Assembly (NCBI GenBank): GCA_049967475.1
Contig: JBMFSQ010000001.1
Location: forward strand, 22,600-86,599
Origin: Chthonomonadales bacterium
Lineage (GTDB): Bacteria > Armatimonadota > Chthonomonadetes > Chthonomonadales > CAJBBX01
Direction: 5' to 3'
DNA: 64,000 nt
Part shown: positions 28,421 to 38,868 of the stretch, one piece after another
Layout: each line of letters begins with the position of its first letter
Position numbering within the stretch: position 1 is the first letter of the stretch
Translations under genes and position numbers: made by a program
Notes under the pieces: model-generated
The model's input: the letters and a program-made list of their open reading frames with translations, nothing else
Told to the model about the DNA's origin: nothing
Database searches by the model: none

Positions 28421-29371
28421 CTACCTTTCGCCGCCGTAGTACACATAGCGTGCCGTGGTCTTGAAGAGGATGACCGTAGTCGCCACGATGGCGACGAAGA
28501 GGAGCCAGGCCATGGCACAGGCGTACCCCATCTTGAAGTACTGGAAGGCGTTGGCGAAGAGGTACATGGAGTACATCATGGTGGAGTTGGCAGGCCCGCC
28601 AGGCGGATTGCCCGTCATGATCCAGGCTTGTGTGAAGTACTGGAAGGCGCCGATCATCCCCATGACCATCATGAAGAGGATGTAGGGGCTCACCATGGCT
28701 ATGGTGACGTGCCGGGTCTTCTGCCAGCTCGTGGCGCCATCCAGTTCCGCTGCCTCGTAGAGCTCTTGGGGGACATCCTGGAGCCCCGCCAGGAAGATCA
28801 CCACGGCATTCCCCACGCCCCAAACACTCATCAGAATGAGGGCAGGCTTGGACCACGCCGGGTCTGCAAGCCAGCCGATAGGCGTTTTGACCCCCATCAG
28901 CTTCAGTATCGCCTCGATGTGCGTCCACTTGAGGAATAGGTTGATGAGGCCGTATTGAGGGTTGAGGAGCCAGAGCCACAGAACCGACGTAGCGACGACG
29001 GGCACCACGGAGGGAACATAAAAGAGGGTGCGGAAGAACGCCTGTCCCTTGACCTTCTGGTTGAGCAAGAGGGCGAGGAAGAAGGCCACGGCGATGCCCA
29101 GCGGCACCGAGAATACGGCGTAGTAGAGCGTGTTGATGATGGATTGGTAGAGGAGGCCGTGGTGCGTGAGGTCTCGCCAAATCAATTGGTAGTTGCCCGT
29201 TGCCACCCATTTGGGCGGTTTCAAGGCCGAGTAGGAACAGAAGCTGTAGTAGAGAGAGGCGCCGAGGGGATAGAGTGTAAGCCCCAGCAGCCCTATTATG
29301 GCGGGAGCACAGAAGAGCAGCCCGTTCAAGGTATGGCGCCGGGCCGTGGCGCTGCGGATCGTGCGTGGCAT
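28421..29371 (-). CDS. Carbohydrate ABC transporter permease
   Basis: EAA loop LYEAAELDGA; multiple TM helices. Confidence 0.92.
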   Translation of the reverse strand: MPRTIRSATARRHTLNGLLFCAPAIIGLLGLTLYPLGASLYYSFCSYSALKPPKWVATGNYQLIWRDLTHHGLLYQSIINTLYYAVFSVPLGIAVAFFLALLLNQKVKGQAFFRTLFYVPSVVPVVATSVLWLWLLNPQYGLINLFLKWTHIEAILKLMGVKTPIGWLADPAWSKPALILMSVWGVGNAVVIFLAGLQDVPQELYEAAELDGATSWQKTRHVTIAMVSPYILFMMVMGMIGAFQYFTQAWIMTGNPPGGPANSTMMYSMYLFANAFQYFKMGYACAMAWLLFVAIVATTVILFKTTARYVYYGGER

Positions 29372-29443
29372 GATGGATAATTAGCCGTTTTGCGCGCGAC
29401 TCCTTCCCGGGTGTAGAGCGGTACGGCGGCAGAGGGAGCCCCT

Positions 29444-30436
29444 CTAGAGCACCTCGATCCGGTGGCGCGGGGAGCGGCCGTACACGGCATCGTGAAGGCC
29501 TTGGAGATAGCCGACTGCATGGAGCCGGGCCGTGGCCGAGTAGCTGGGGTTCTCGTTGCTATCCCCGGCAAGGGTGGGCACATGGTCCGGGCGCATGGGA
29601 CCTCGGAAGTCCATATCCAGGTAGGCGCGCATACATTCCGCTAGATCCGTGGGTCCTTCATTATGGAAGACCTCTACGAAGTTTTCAGGCGTCCCCTGCA
29701 CGTCTCTCATGTGCACGAAGTGGATCACCCTTTGGCGCCCGAAATGGCGGATTGTTTCGGGAAGGCTGGGGCAGAAGAGTGCAAAGTTCCCCTGGCACAG
29801 AGTGATGCCGTTGGAAGAACTGGGCGCCATGTCAATGAGGCGTTGGAAGTTTTCTTGACTGCGCATGATGCGCGCGATGCCCCGCACGGGTGATATGGGG
29901 GGATCGTCGGGGTGCATAGCGAGGCGCACTCCTTGCTTTTCGGCCACAGGCAGTACCCGTTGCAGGAAGTATCGCAAGCTCTGCCATAGCTGCTCCTCGG
30001 GCACCTCACCGAATTCCGTAAGTGGCTGCTGTTGGAATGTTTTGTGGTCGTAACCGGTTACGAGGGCTCCGGCCCTACCGCGGAGGTCCGTATGCGTGCG
30101 CGTCCACCCAAACACTGCCATCCAGTTGTAACAGAGTACGGGGATGTGGAGGGCGCCCATATTGCGCACGAGGGTGCAGAAGCATTCGATCTCCTCATCT
30201 CGGCCCGGAAGCCCGAGCCGCGTTTTCTGCATGGGAGGCGCGCTCTCGATGGCCGCTACCTGGAACCCGGCATTTTCGAAGGTCCGCACCATCCTTTCCA
30301 GCGGCGCGTAGTCCCATGGCTGGTCTGGGTGGACGTTGTGGCGGGGCAGCGGAGCCACGGCGTAGTTTACGCCTATCTGGCGCATCCATTCCCAAAGGAG
30401 GTTCGGCTCTGCTGGGAGGAATTCGGCGATCTGCAT
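29444..30436 (-). CDS. uxuA: Mannonate dehydratase
   Basis: CYNWM, HPDDPP, LCQGN, HFVHMRD, RPDHVP. Confidence 0.9.
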   Translation of the reverse strand: MQIAEFLPAEPNLLWEWMRQIGVNYAVAPLPRHNVHPDQPWDYAPLERMVRTFENAGFQVAAIESAPPMQKTRLGLPGRDEEIECFCTLVRNMGALHIPVLCYNWMAVFGWTRTHTDLRGRAGALVTGYDHKTFQQQPLTEFGEVPEEQLWQSLRYFLQRVLPVAEKQGVRLAMHPDDPPISPVRGIARIMRSQENFQRLIDMAPSSSNGITLCQGNFALFCPSLPETIRHFGRQRVIHFVHMRDVQGTPENFVEVFHNEGPTDLAECMRAYLDMDFRGPMRPDHVPTLAGDSNENPSYSATARLHAVGYLQGLHDAVYGRSPRHRIEVL

Positions 30437-30473
30437 GATTGAGCGTCCTTTCTGCGGACGGCGGCGCCTGCGG

Positions 30474-30503
30474 TTGGCAGAAGCGGGGCACCTTTGCTAT
30501 AAT
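30474..30503 (+). promoter_or_regulatory. Extended -10 sigma70 promoter
   Basis: TTGGCA-N18-TATAAT with TG extension, upstream of the FmdB-family gene. Confidence 0.55.
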
Positions 30504-30540
30504 AACGTGAGGATAACCTGCATCTACGAGGTGAGCGAAC

Positions 30541-30813
30541 GTGCCAACGTATGGATACGAGTGTACGGCGTGCAATCAGCGCTTTGAAGTGTTTCAAAAG
30601 ATCTCCGACGAACCCCTTACCCTCCATGAGGGGTGCGGCGGCGAGCTGCGCCGCGTACTGTACCCCGTAGGCATCGTATTCAAGGGGCCAGGCTTCCACG
30701 TAAATGATTATGGAAGCTATGGGCGCAAGAATGGCTCCGGCAACGAAAATGGCGGGAGCAAAGCTGCAGATAAGCCTGCGGCTACACCGGAGCCTGCGGG
30801 CGCAAAGGAGTAG
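30541..30813 (+). CDS. FmdB-family zinc-ribbon regulatory protein
   Basis: MPTYGYEC..C...FE, C.G.L.R, FKG.GF. Confidence 0.88.
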   Translation: MPTYGYECTACNQRFEVFQKISDEPLTLHEGCGGELRRVLYPVGIVFKGPGFHVNDYGSYGRKNGSGNENGGSKAADKPAATPEPAGAKE

Positions 30814-30841
30814 CCGACGCACTTCCCGCATGGCAAGAAGA

Positions 30842-30881
30842 AGGCCGGTCGCTTCTCGGGGCGGCCGGCCTCGTTTGTTTT
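30842..30881. terminator. Rho-independent terminator between convergent genes
   Basis: AGGCCGGTCGC/GCGGCCGGCCT stem followed by GTTTGTTTT. Confidence 0.7.
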
Positions 30882-30899
30882 ACACCTATGGCGAAGAGC

Positions 30900-32504
30900 C
30901 TACTTGCTCTCGATGAGCAGGCGGCCGGACTTTTCGTCATAGTTGATCTTCACGTTGAGGGCGTCGCGGATGAACGTCATGGGGACAATGGTGCGCCCGC
31001 TCTCGATGAACGGTTTGTGTTCCATGGTAACCGTTTCGTTGTTGACCACCGCGTTGGCCCTGCCGATCTTGATTTCGATTTCTCGGGTGCTGTTGACGGC
31101 GCGAACGCTCTTTTGGCTGTTGAACCAGTAGAGGCGTCCTCCCGTGTGTTCGAAGATTTGGCGGAAGGGGGCCAGCGCGATGCCGGCTTCCACTCGGGGC
31201 TGCACATCAAAGGCGATGCGCACGCCGTCGAAGGCCACGTCGAAGGTGCCGCGGTTCGGCACGATGAGGGACGTTCCCGGATGCAGCCTCTGGGCAGGCT
31301 TCAGATTGTTGAGGCGAGCCAGTTCGCCTGTGCTCACTCCGGACTTCCGGCTGACGCGGGCCAGCGTGTCTCCGGGTTGGACTTTGAGGAGGCTGTCGCC
31401 GCCGTCTCGCGACGGGGACACTACGGGGAAGATCCCTTCGGGGGTGCTGAGGCCGGGCAGCACAGGCTTAGGACCCCGTGCAACGGAAAGCCTGGCCTTG
31501 GGCTGGATCGCCGCGCCGCCCATCATGCGGGCCGAGGGCCGGGGCATGCGTTCGGAGGGCGCTGCGAGGCTGGGAACAGGCATGTACGGCCGCGTGACGA
31601 AGGCGAAGCCCAACGTAGCCGGTTCTGTTGCCCTTGTGGATCCCGGAAGCCCAGGATTTGCTGCGGGGCCGATCGCGGGAACCGAGGCCTCTACCGAAGG
31701 AACGACGGTTGCGGCACCCGTCCTAGCGGTGGCAGGATCCACTCTCTTTGCGGGTTTGGCAGGTGCGGGTTTGGGTGCCTCGGGCGCTTCGGTGCGAAGA
31801 TCCTCGATGCGGTCCAGCTTCTTCGTTTCACCCGTGGCGTTGTTCACGTTCACGTGGATGGGGCGAGCCTTGGTAGGTTCCAAGGCGTCCTGCGTTTGCG
31901 TCCACGCCTCTACTACGTGCCAGCCGTTTTCCACCTTGGTGGTGTCCCAGTTGTACTCGTAGGGTGGGAAGTTGCGCAGGACTTTGAGCTCTTTGTCCAC
32001 GAAGAACGTCACGTACGGCTTTTGGCGCTGAAGCTGGGGATCCAGAGACACGCGGATGGGCACGACGCCGCTCACCTGGATGCCGTTTTGCGGATAGGCG
32101 ATGCGTACGGGTGCGGAGGCATCCACCGCAGGGATACGCAGAGAGCCCGCGGCGACGACTGCCTTGCCGGACGTGCCGAATGCCTTCACGAGGATGTCGT
32201 GATTGCCTTCGGTGAGCTGGGCGGCATCCATCACGAAGGAAAGGACGCCGTGGGTCTGCGCCGTGTTGAGCGTGCGCTTTGCGAGGAGGGCGCCGTCCAT
32301 ATAGAGCTCGACAGACTGGATCGCGCCGCCTCGAAAGCTCACATCAATGGAGAACCTGTCGGCAATTTCTGCCGGGTTCGGGGTGAGGATAGTGAGTTGA
32401 GGACCTTGGAGAGATCGGAATGGGGCGGCCCTCGCGTCGCTCGGACTTCCGGCTACCACGCCTACGGCGCCGGCAAGCACGAAAGCGCAAGCCAACCTTT
32501 TCAT
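30900..32504 (-). CDS. Secreted protein with Ig-like repeats, LysM and a C-terminal copper-amine-oxidase-N-like (stalk) domain
   Basis: Signal peptide; WDTTKV.NG.H (Ig-like); VQPGDTL..V...GV....LA..N (LysM); GRT.VP..F...AL. Confidence 0.8.
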   Translation of the reverse strand: MKRLACAFVLAGAVGVVAGSPSDARAAPFRSLQGPQLTILTPNPAEIADRFSIDVSFRGGAIQSVELYMDGALLAKRTLNTAQTHGVLSFVMDAAQLTEGNHDILVKAFGTSGKAVVAAGSLRIPAVDASAPVRIAYPQNGIQVSGVVPIRVSLDPQLQRQKPYVTFFVDKELKVLRNFPPYEYNWDTTKVENGWHVVEAWTQTQDALEPTKARPIHVNVNNATGETKKLDRIEDLRTEAPEAPKPAPAKPAKRVDPATARTGAATVVPSVEASVPAIGPAANPGLPGSTRATEPATLGFAFVTRPYMPVPSLAAPSERMPRPSARMMGGAAIQPKARLSVARGPKPVLPGLSTPEGIFPVVSPSRDGGDSLLKVQPGDTLARVSRKSGVSTGELARLNNLKPAQRLHPGTSLIVPNRGTFDVAFDGVRIAFDVQPRVEAGIALAPFRQIFEHTGGRLYWFNSQKSVRAVNSTREIEIKIGRANAVVNNETVTMEHKPFIESGRTIVPMTFIRDALNVKINYDEKSGRLLIESK

Positions 32505-32612
32505 GAACGCCTCCCTTGCCGGAGCGCTCTCGAACGCTCCGTTCTTGTTTGGATTGTTGCGATGGCCTATCGCGACACTAATCCACCGCGAGGTGCAGGG
32601 ATAGAGCGCCCT

Positions 32613-32641
32613 ACTTTAGCACACTCGGCCGGTTCTGTCAA
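32613..32641 (-). promoter_or_regulatory. sigma70 promoter for the LysM gene
   Basis: Minus strand TTGACA-N17-TAAAGT. Confidence 0.55.
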
Positions 32642-32747
32642 CATGGAGTTAACGTTCTGATTGTGCGCCGCGAGGCGCGTACGATACGCAGGGATCGCGC
32701 ATCGGCGCGTCGAATTGGCCTCGGATACTTGCCGCACGGAGATGGAA

Positions 32748-33485
32748 ATGAACGTTGTCATGCTGGTGTGCGTTGCGGCGCCCATTGCGCTCAGTGCCGG
32801 AGGATACGCCCAAAAGCCCGGCACGCAAACACCCCGTACGTTCCGGAAGCGCGTGGTCACAACATACACCGGACAATACCTGTTATACCTTCCGTTGGAA
32901 TATGATAAGGACCGGTCACGCCGTTGGCCCCTCATGATCTTCCTCCACGGAGCCGGCGAACGGGGCACCGATCTGGAAAAGGTAAAGACCCATGGCCCGC
33001 CTAAGCTCGTAGCCCAAGGCAAAGAGTTTCCCTTCATTCTCGTATCCCCGCAATGCCCTGAAGGTCAGTGGTGGGACACCGGAATGCTGAACGCCCTGTT
33101 GGACACTCTGCTGGCCAAGTATCGCGTGGATCCCGATCGCGTTTATCTCACCGGTTTGAGCATGGGAGGCTTTGCTACTTGGGCGTGGGCCGAGGCCCAC
33201 CCGGAGCGATTTGCCGCAATCGCTCCAATTTGCGGGGGTGGAGATCCATTCTTGGCATGGCGTCTCAAATCCGTTCCCGTTTGGGCCTTCCACGGTGCCA
33301 AGGACCCAGTGGTTCCGGTGAAGATGACCACCGACATGGTGGATGCCCTCAAATCTGTGGGTGGCGATGTGCGGCTGACAATCTACCCTGAAGCGGGCCA
33401 CGATGCGTGGACGGACACGTATAACAACCAGGAACTGTACGATTGGTTCTTGCAGCACCAGAGGCGCGCTTCGGGCGGGAAGTGA
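32748..33485 (+). CDS. Secreted alpha/beta hydrolase (phospholipase/carboxylesterase-like)
   Basis: FLHGAGE, GLSMG nucleophile elbow, HGAKD, GHDAW. Confidence 0.88.
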   Translation: MNVVMLVCVAAPIALSAGGYAQKPGTQTPRTFRKRVVTTYTGQYLLYLPLEYDKDRSRRWPLMIFLHGAGERGTDLEKVKTHGPPKLVAQGKEFPFILVSPQCPEGQWWDTGMLNALLDTLLAKYRVDPDRVYLTGLSMGGFATWAWAEAHPERFAAIAPICGGGDPFLAWRLKSVPVWAFHGAKDPVVPVKMTTDMVDALKSVGGDVRLTIYPEAGHDAWTDTYNNQELYDWFLQHQRRASGGK

Positions 33486-33524
33486 CCTTCGGCAACGTGA
33501 AGCATCGCCGGATCGGAGGAGATC

Positions 33525-34607
33525 ATGTGGGCACTCTTTGCTGCGTGCAGTCTGGCAATGGCAGGCCCGCCCAGGGCAGGTGTGCCTGCCCTCATCGAAT
33601 TCGGCTGGGATGAGCCCAGTACCCGCTACTTGCGGGACCATATCGCCGAGATGGAGCGCATGCCGTTCGACGGCGTGGTGTTGAATGCACATTATCGGGA
33701 CGCACAAGGGAGGGACGCGGTACTCGAGTGGACGGGCTTTGGGCGGGAGGTGATCTCGTGGGAGGCGTTGCAGTCGGCCCTCGCAGATCTGAAGGCTACG
33801 CGCTTCCATCGGTTCACGCAGAATTTCCTCCGCTTCAATACTACTCCCGGTGACGTGGACTGGTTCGACGATTTCAGCGCGATCCTCCACAACGCCCGCA
33901 TGGCCGCCCGCCTTGCTCGGCAGGGGCGCCTCAAAGGCCTCCTCTTCGACATTGAACAGTACAACTTCCCCCTCTTCACCTTCGAAAAGCGGAAATATGC
34001 CGAGCGCACATTTTCAGAATATGAGCAGCAGGTACGGCGCCGTGGTGAAGAAGTCATGCAGGCGTTCCAGCAAGAGTACCCCGGCCTCACGGTATTTATG
34101 ACCTTCGGTTACGCTCTCGCCGGCCGAACCAGGGAGGATTTCGCCAGGACGTCCTACGGGCTGCTGGGCCCCTTCCTTGACGGCCTCTACGCGGCGGCAC
34201 GCGGCAGAACGGTGATCGTGGATGGGTGGGAGATGAGTTATCCGTACCATACTGCGGACCAATTCGAGGCCGCTTACCGGCGCATGCATGAGGAAGGGGC
34301 TTCTCTCAGTGCGGTTCCACACCAGTACCGTCGCCATCTGAGCGCGGGTTTTGGGATCTGGATGGATCTGGATTGGCGCAACCGGGGCTGGAACGCCGAG
34401 GACCCCAGCAAGAACCCCAGAACTCCGCAGGATCTGGAGGCGGTGCTCTATGCCGCCCTGCATCGGTGTGATCATTACGTATGGCTCTATTGCGAGCAGC
34501 CGCGATGGTTTCCGCCTCAGAAACTACCCGACGCCTATATAAAGGCGGTTCGCGCCGCCAGAACGGCATCGGGAATGAAAAACCCCAAGGACGTTGCTGC
34601 ACCATGA
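33525..34607 (+). CDS. Hypothetical secreted protein, probably a TIM-barrel fold
   Basis: Long ORF with RBS and signal peptide; PFDG and FD.E.Y segments; no certain family. Confidence 0.6.
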   Translation: MWALFAACSLAMAGPPRAGVPALIEFGWDEPSTRYLRDHIAEMERMPFDGVVLNAHYRDAQGRDAVLEWTGFGREVISWEALQSALADLKATRFHRFTQNFLRFNTTPGDVDWFDDFSAILHNARMAARLARQGRLKGLLFDIEQYNFPLFTFEKRKYAERTFSEYEQQVRRRGEEVMQAFQQEYPGLTVFMTFGYALAGRTREDFARTSYGLLGPFLDGLYAAARGRTVIVDGWEMSYPYHTADQFEAAYRRMHEEGASLSAVPHQYRRHLSAGFGIWMDLDWRNRGWNAEDPSKNPRTPQDLEAVLYAALHRCDHYVWLYCEQPRWFPPQKLPDAYIKAVRAARTASGMKNPKDVAAP

Positions 34608-34632
34608 CGGTGCTGGAGAGGGTGCAATTCGA

Positions 34633-34971
34633 ATGAAAGTCGAGCCAGGGTTGGAGTGGGAGGACATATCCGAGGGCGAGGGGCCAGGGATCGAGCCTGG
34701 GCAGACGGCCATAGTCCACTATGAAGGGCGTTTCCCCGATGGGCGCGTGTTCGACAGCTCGCGTCGGAGGGGGCGGCCGTTCCGGTTTGTGCTGGGAGCG
34801 GGGCAGGTGATCAAGGGGTGGGATCTGGGTATCGCCGGGATGAAGGCAGGTGGAAGCCGGCGCCTCACCCTTTCTCCGGAATTCGCCTATGGCGCCCATG
34901 GGGCGGGCGGAGTGATCCCTCCAAACGCTACTCTCATCTTCGACGTGGATCTCCAAGAGATTGGCGGCTAG
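34633..34971 (+). CDS. FKBP-type peptidyl-prolyl isomerase
   Basis: VHYEG..DG.VFDSS, VIKGWD.GI, IPPNATL.F. Confidence 0.93.
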   Translation: MKVEPGLEWEDISEGEGPGIEPGQTAIVHYEGRFPDGRVFDSSRRRGRPFRFVLGAGQVIKGWDLGIAGMKAGGSRRLTLSPEFAYGAHGAGGVIPPNATLIFDVDLQEIGG

Positions 34972-34987
34972 CCTGGTTCCACAAGGC

Positions 34988-37018
34988 GTGAAGCGCGCGT
35001 ATGTGTTGCTTTGCGCGGCAACGGTGACGCTGATGCCGGGTTCCGGCGGAAGTCTTCGCACCATGCTTCCGGATGAAGACACAACCCGGGTCCACCCCAA
35101 TTGGGCGGCTAGGCACCTACAGCCCATTCCGCCGGGCGTGTTCGGGGATTTTCTCGAACACCTCGGAGATGCCGTCTACCATACGCTCTGGGCGGATGGG
35201 GTATACAACCCGGCATTTTGGCATGCCGGCGGGGCGCCCCCGGATCGGTGGACTTTGCAGTGTGGCGCCGAGGTGTCTCGGGCCGGCGAAGGCATTGAGA
35301 TGCCGTCCGAAGCTGCCGTAAGCCAAACCCTGTTCCTTCCGGTGCATCGTCGGCTCAAGTACCACGGCGAGCTTTGGGCCTCTTCCCCATCCGGGTCCCC
35401 GAAGGCTATGGTACGGCTGACCCAGGAAGGTAAGGTTGCTGCGCAGTGTATGGTGCCGATAGGCAGAGGCATTTCGGCCCGCGGGTTCCCCTTCATCTTG
35501 GGTGTTGCGCCAAGCGCCGCCAGGCCGGGCAAGGCGTACGAGCTCACTATCGAGGTTCTCGGCGGAACCTGCACCCTGTTTCGTGTGGAGCTGTTTCCGG
35601 ATGACGCTGTGGCGGGGATGGATCCGGAGGTCGTGCAGGCAGCCAAAGCGCTCCATATCACGCTGCTGAGGTGGCCGGGGGGCAACTTCAGCAGCGGCTA
35701 TCATTGGCGGCAAGGCGTGGGGCCCCGATTTCTGCGGCCCACGGTGCGCAATCCGGCGTGGCCCGGTTTGGAGACACACGCCTTTGGGACCGATGAATTC
35801 CTGCGCTTTTGCCGCATCATTGGCGCCCAGCCGATGATCTGCGTCAATGCCGGCGACGGCACGCCCGAGGAGGCTGCCGATTGGGTTGAGTACTGCAACG
35901 GCAGTCCGGACACGCCGATGGGGCGCCTGCGCGCCAGAAACGGCCATCCGGCCCCCTACGGCGTGCGCCTTTGGGAGGTTGGGAACGAGCTTTACGGTCC
36001 GTGGCAGATAGGGCATACGGACGCAGAGGGCAACGGGCGGCGCTTTGTGGCCTTCAGGCAAGCGATGCTGGCCCGAGACCACGCCATAAAAGTCATTGCC
36101 ACCGGCAAGGGAGACGGCTTCGTGGGTAACGCCCTCCATGCCGATGACGCATGGAACGCAACGTTGCTGCATGCCGCTGTGGCCAACGGCGGCCCCCCGG
36201 ATCTGGTATCCATCCATCCGCTGGTGCCGCTTCCGGGGGACCTTGCATCCAACGGCGCAGATTATGATGCGGTTTATCTCGCCGCCATGGCCCATCCGGG
36301 CTGGTTCGGCCGATCATTCGTGCCTCATCTGATGGAGCAGATGCAGAGGAATGCCGGCGGATCGCGCCTACCCCGGTTGGCCGTGACGGAGTGGGGGATC
36401 ATCCTAGGTGGTCCCGATTGGCGCAACTTTCCCAACCATGATGCTCAGTCGGGCGCAGTCTACGCAGGTCTCTTCCTGAACCAACTCATGCGGTGTGGAG
36501 GATCTGTGGACGTTGCCAACGTTACGGGCCTGCTCCACGGGGGCGGCATCAAGAAGGCGCGGGGCAAACTCTATGTGGATCCGATGTACTTCGTGCAGCG
36601 GATGTACGGCGAGGCCAGGCCCCAGGAATTGATCCCATCCGAGAGTGATGGGCCGGGTTACAGCACAGCGCCGCGAGGTTTTCTCCCAGGGGTTGCGTTC
36701 ACGCCGTGGGTGGATGTATGCGCTGCCGTAGGGGACGGCAATCTGTACCTCTTCATGGTGAATGTAGACCCGCGGCGTTCTCGTCGGGTGGAGGTTAAGC
36801 TTCCCCGCGGCATTCGTAAAGTGCGGCTCGAGGTGCTGGCGGCAGATCCGCGGGCCCACAACAGCGGCGCCGATGCCAACGCTGTTCAGCCGTCTCGGCG
36901 CGAACTTACAGTAGAGGGTGGTATCTTCACCTGCGTTCTGGATGCGTGCTCCGTCAGCGTTGCCCGGGCTCGGTGGCGACACGATGCGGGGCGGCAGGCA
37001 GGGGTAGGAAGCCCGTGA
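34988..37018 (+). CDS. Alpha-L-arabinofuranosidase (GH51)
   Basis: F.EH, RWPGGNF, FGTDEF, WVEYCN, WEVGNE, VTEW; start 34961 or 34988. Confidence 0.9.
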   Translation: MKRAYVLLCAATVTLMPGSGGSLRTMLPDEDTTRVHPNWAARHLQPIPPGVFGDFLEHLGDAVYHTLWADGVYNPAFWHAGGAPPDRWTLQCGAEVSRAGEGIEMPSEAAVSQTLFLPVHRRLKYHGELWASSPSGSPKAMVRLTQEGKVAAQCMVPIGRGISARGFPFILGVAPSAARPGKAYELTIEVLGGTCTLFRVELFPDDAVAGMDPEVVQAAKALHITLLRWPGGNFSSGYHWRQGVGPRFLRPTVRNPAWPGLETHAFGTDEFLRFCRIIGAQPMICVNAGDGTPEEAADWVEYCNGSPDTPMGRLRARNGHPAPYGVRLWEVGNELYGPWQIGHTDAEGNGRRFVAFRQAMLARDHAIKVIATGKGDGFVGNALHADDAWNATLLHAAVANGGPPDLVSIHPLVPLPGDLASNGADYDAVYLAAMAHPGWFGRSFVPHLMEQMQRNAGGSRLPRLAVTEWGIILGGPDWRNFPNHDAQSGAVYAGLFLNQLMRCGGSVDVANVTGLLHGGGIKKARGKLYVDPMYFVQRMYGEARPQELIPSESDGPGYSTAPRGFLPGVAFTPWVDVCAAVGDGNLYLFMVNVDPRRSRRVEVKLPRGIRKVRLEVLAADPRAHNSGADANAVQPSRRELTVEGGIFTCVLDACSVSVARARWRHDAGRQAGVGSP

Positions 37019-37028
37019 TTACCCGCGC

Positions 37029-37057
37029 TTGCAGCGCCGAAGGCCATATGTTAGAAT
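37029..37057 (+). promoter_or_regulatory. Promoter probably giving a leaderless mRNA
   Basis: TTGCAG-N17-TAGAAT ending 7 nt before GTG 37064; no RBS visible. Confidence 0.45.
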
Positions 37058-37063
37058 GATCGT

Positions 37064-38101
37064 GTGACGCGCATCCGCTTTAGCTTGCCGGCGTTGGTGT
37101 TCGCCGCCGCGTGCGGTACCTGCTGGGCGCAGCAGCCCTCGGGACCTGCACCGTCGTCTGCCCCAACGTGGGACGTGGGGCGGATTGCTCCTGAGACGCT
37201 GCTTCCCGCCACGATCCCCTTCACCTTCTCCGACGGTCTCATCATCGTAAAGGCGGCTTTAGGCGACGGCACGGAACAGAGAGCAGCCGTTGCCACGGCG
37301 CTGCCCCTGTGCATCGTTCAGCCCGAACTAGCCCAGACGCAATCGCTCAAAGTATTCGGGTCGCGCGATGTACCCACGCTCTACGGTCCTTTGGCTGTGC
37401 AGGACGCAGGCAAGCAAAGGCTGACCCTGTTCCAAGTAGTCGCGAACGATGTGCCATGCGGGGTATGTGACCTTTATGCCGGCCTATCGTCTAAGAAGTC
37501 AGTCGGCAAACCCATGATCTGGCTCGGATACTCTTTCTGGGGCGCAGCTCAGATCACTATAGACCCTGCGCAGCATCAGTTGACGTTTCGCAAGGCCGGC
37601 ACGCCGCTTCCGAAAAAGGCATTTATCATTCCCTTTGATCTGAACGACGGACGTATCGAGGTGCAGGTGAAGGCGAATGGGCGCAAACCCATCGCTGCTC
37701 TCGTGGACACCACGGCTGTGGGAACACTCCTGCCGGCAGCGGAGGGGCGCGCCCTCAGGCTCCCCAGCGTAGCGGTCTATACGGCATCCCATCCCAACGG
37801 TAAGAAGGGCAAAGTAACCGCCATAGATCTTAAGGAATTGAGTATCGGGAGCGCCAAAGTGAACCAGGTGCCTGCCTTGTTCGTCTCAGAGGGAGACGCC
37901 GATGGCCTGGACGTGGGCCCGGCGATCGTAGGCACCGATGTGCTTTTGCGCTTCCGCGTGACGATAGACTATTCGATGAAAAAGATGGCGCTGGAGGCGA
38001 TCCAACGTCCCCAGGAAAGCGTCGTAACTTCAGGTGAGCCTCCAACCCGCCCGCGCCCCGGTGTTGTAGAACCGCGGTTTATTCCGAGACCGCGCCCGTA
38101 G
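37064..38101 (+). CDS. Secreted double retropepsin-like (aspartyl protease fold) protein; first catalytic motif degenerate
   Basis: Two repeats ending in G..F/L....TID; second repeat has LVDTT, first has VATA at the DTG position. Confidence 0.7.
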   Translation: MTRIRFSLPALVFAAACGTCWAQQPSGPAPSSAPTWDVGRIAPETLLPATIPFTFSDGLIIVKAALGDGTEQRAAVATALPLCIVQPELAQTQSLKVFGSRDVPTLYGPLAVQDAGKQRLTLFQVVANDVPCGVCDLYAGLSSKKSVGKPMIWLGYSFWGAAQITIDPAQHQLTFRKAGTPLPKKAFIIPFDLNDGRIEVQVKANGRKPIAALVDTTAVGTLLPAAEGRALRLPSVAVYTASHPNGKKGKVTAIDLKELSIGSAKVNQVPALFVSEGDADGLDVGPAIVGTDVLLRFRVTIDYSMKKMALEAIQRPQESVVTSGEPPTRPRPGVVEPRFIPRPRP

Positions 38102-38173
38102 GGCTCCAACATGAGCGGCTAAGGGATTGGGGGTTAAGACGAGTGTCGGTGAAGGACCGGCAGGGAGGGCGTC

Positions 38174-38839
38174 GTGAAAAGGTGCAGGGGAACGGCATTT
38201 ACGCTGATTGAGTTGCTGGTGGTAATCGCAATCATCGGAATTCTGGCATCCATGCTGATGCCGGTGTTCGCCCAAGCGCGCGAGGCTGCCCGTAAGATCG
38301 TATGCGTGTCCAACATGAGCCAGCTTGGGAAGGCGCTGCTGATGTACGCAGGCGATTACGATGAGATGTACCCGCCGCAGGATCATCTTTGGATAGACCA
38401 GCCGCCCCCATTCTGGATTGACGCCGCTTACGGCGTACCGAACTGGAAGAACGGCCCGTATGAGAACTGGGCTCAGGCAATCTACCCGTACGTTAAGGAG
38501 TTGGGCATCTATCAGTGCAAGTCCAACCGTGGATGGACTGCCAATTCAGACAGCACGCAACCCGGCCTCAGTTATGTATACAATGGCTTCTCTGCAGCGA
38601 GGAGTATGGCATCCGTTCCGGAACCCTCGCGCTTCGTGCAGTTGTGGGACTACCGGTACCTTACGTCCTATGCTGTAGTAGATCCGGCGCCTACGGCGTG
38701 GGCATGGTATCCAGGCTGGGCGCCTCATGCGGATCAATACAATGTGCTCTATTTCGACGGTCACGTGAAAAACCGGCCGGAGATGCAGTTCAAGGCCGAC
38801 ATTTGGAACCTTCCGGACGGAAACCCGTTCAGCTTCTAA
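38174..38839 (+). CDS. Prepilin-type N-terminal cleavage/methylation protein (DUF1559-like, H-X9-DG)
   Basis: [23 protein letters not shown]...C.SN, C-terminal H.....[10 protein letters not shown]. Confidence 0.92.
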   Translation: MKRCRGTAFTLIELLVVIAIIGILASMLMPVFAQAREAARKIVCVSNMSQLGKALLMYAGDYDEMYPPQDHLWIDQPPPFWIDAAYGVPNWKNGPYENWAQAIYPYVKELGIYQCKSNRGWTANSDSTQPGLSYVYNGFSAARSMASVPEPSRFVQLWDYRYLTSYAVVDPAPTAWAWYPGWAPHADQYNVLYFDGHVKNRPEMQFKADIWNLPDGNPFSF

Positions 38840-38868
38840 GAGTGTTGTCTCACGTTGGATCCACGAAG

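Noticed and set aside
32616..32641. CIRCE-like TTAGCACACTC
   Set aside because: Only an imperfect half-site with no GAGTGCTAA arm; explained by the minus-strand promoter.
30888..32660. Long antisense ORFs (590 aa here; also 3604-5298, 17166-18710, 55230-56606)
   Set aside because: GC-rich shadow frames opposite well-supported genes, with no recognisable motifs.
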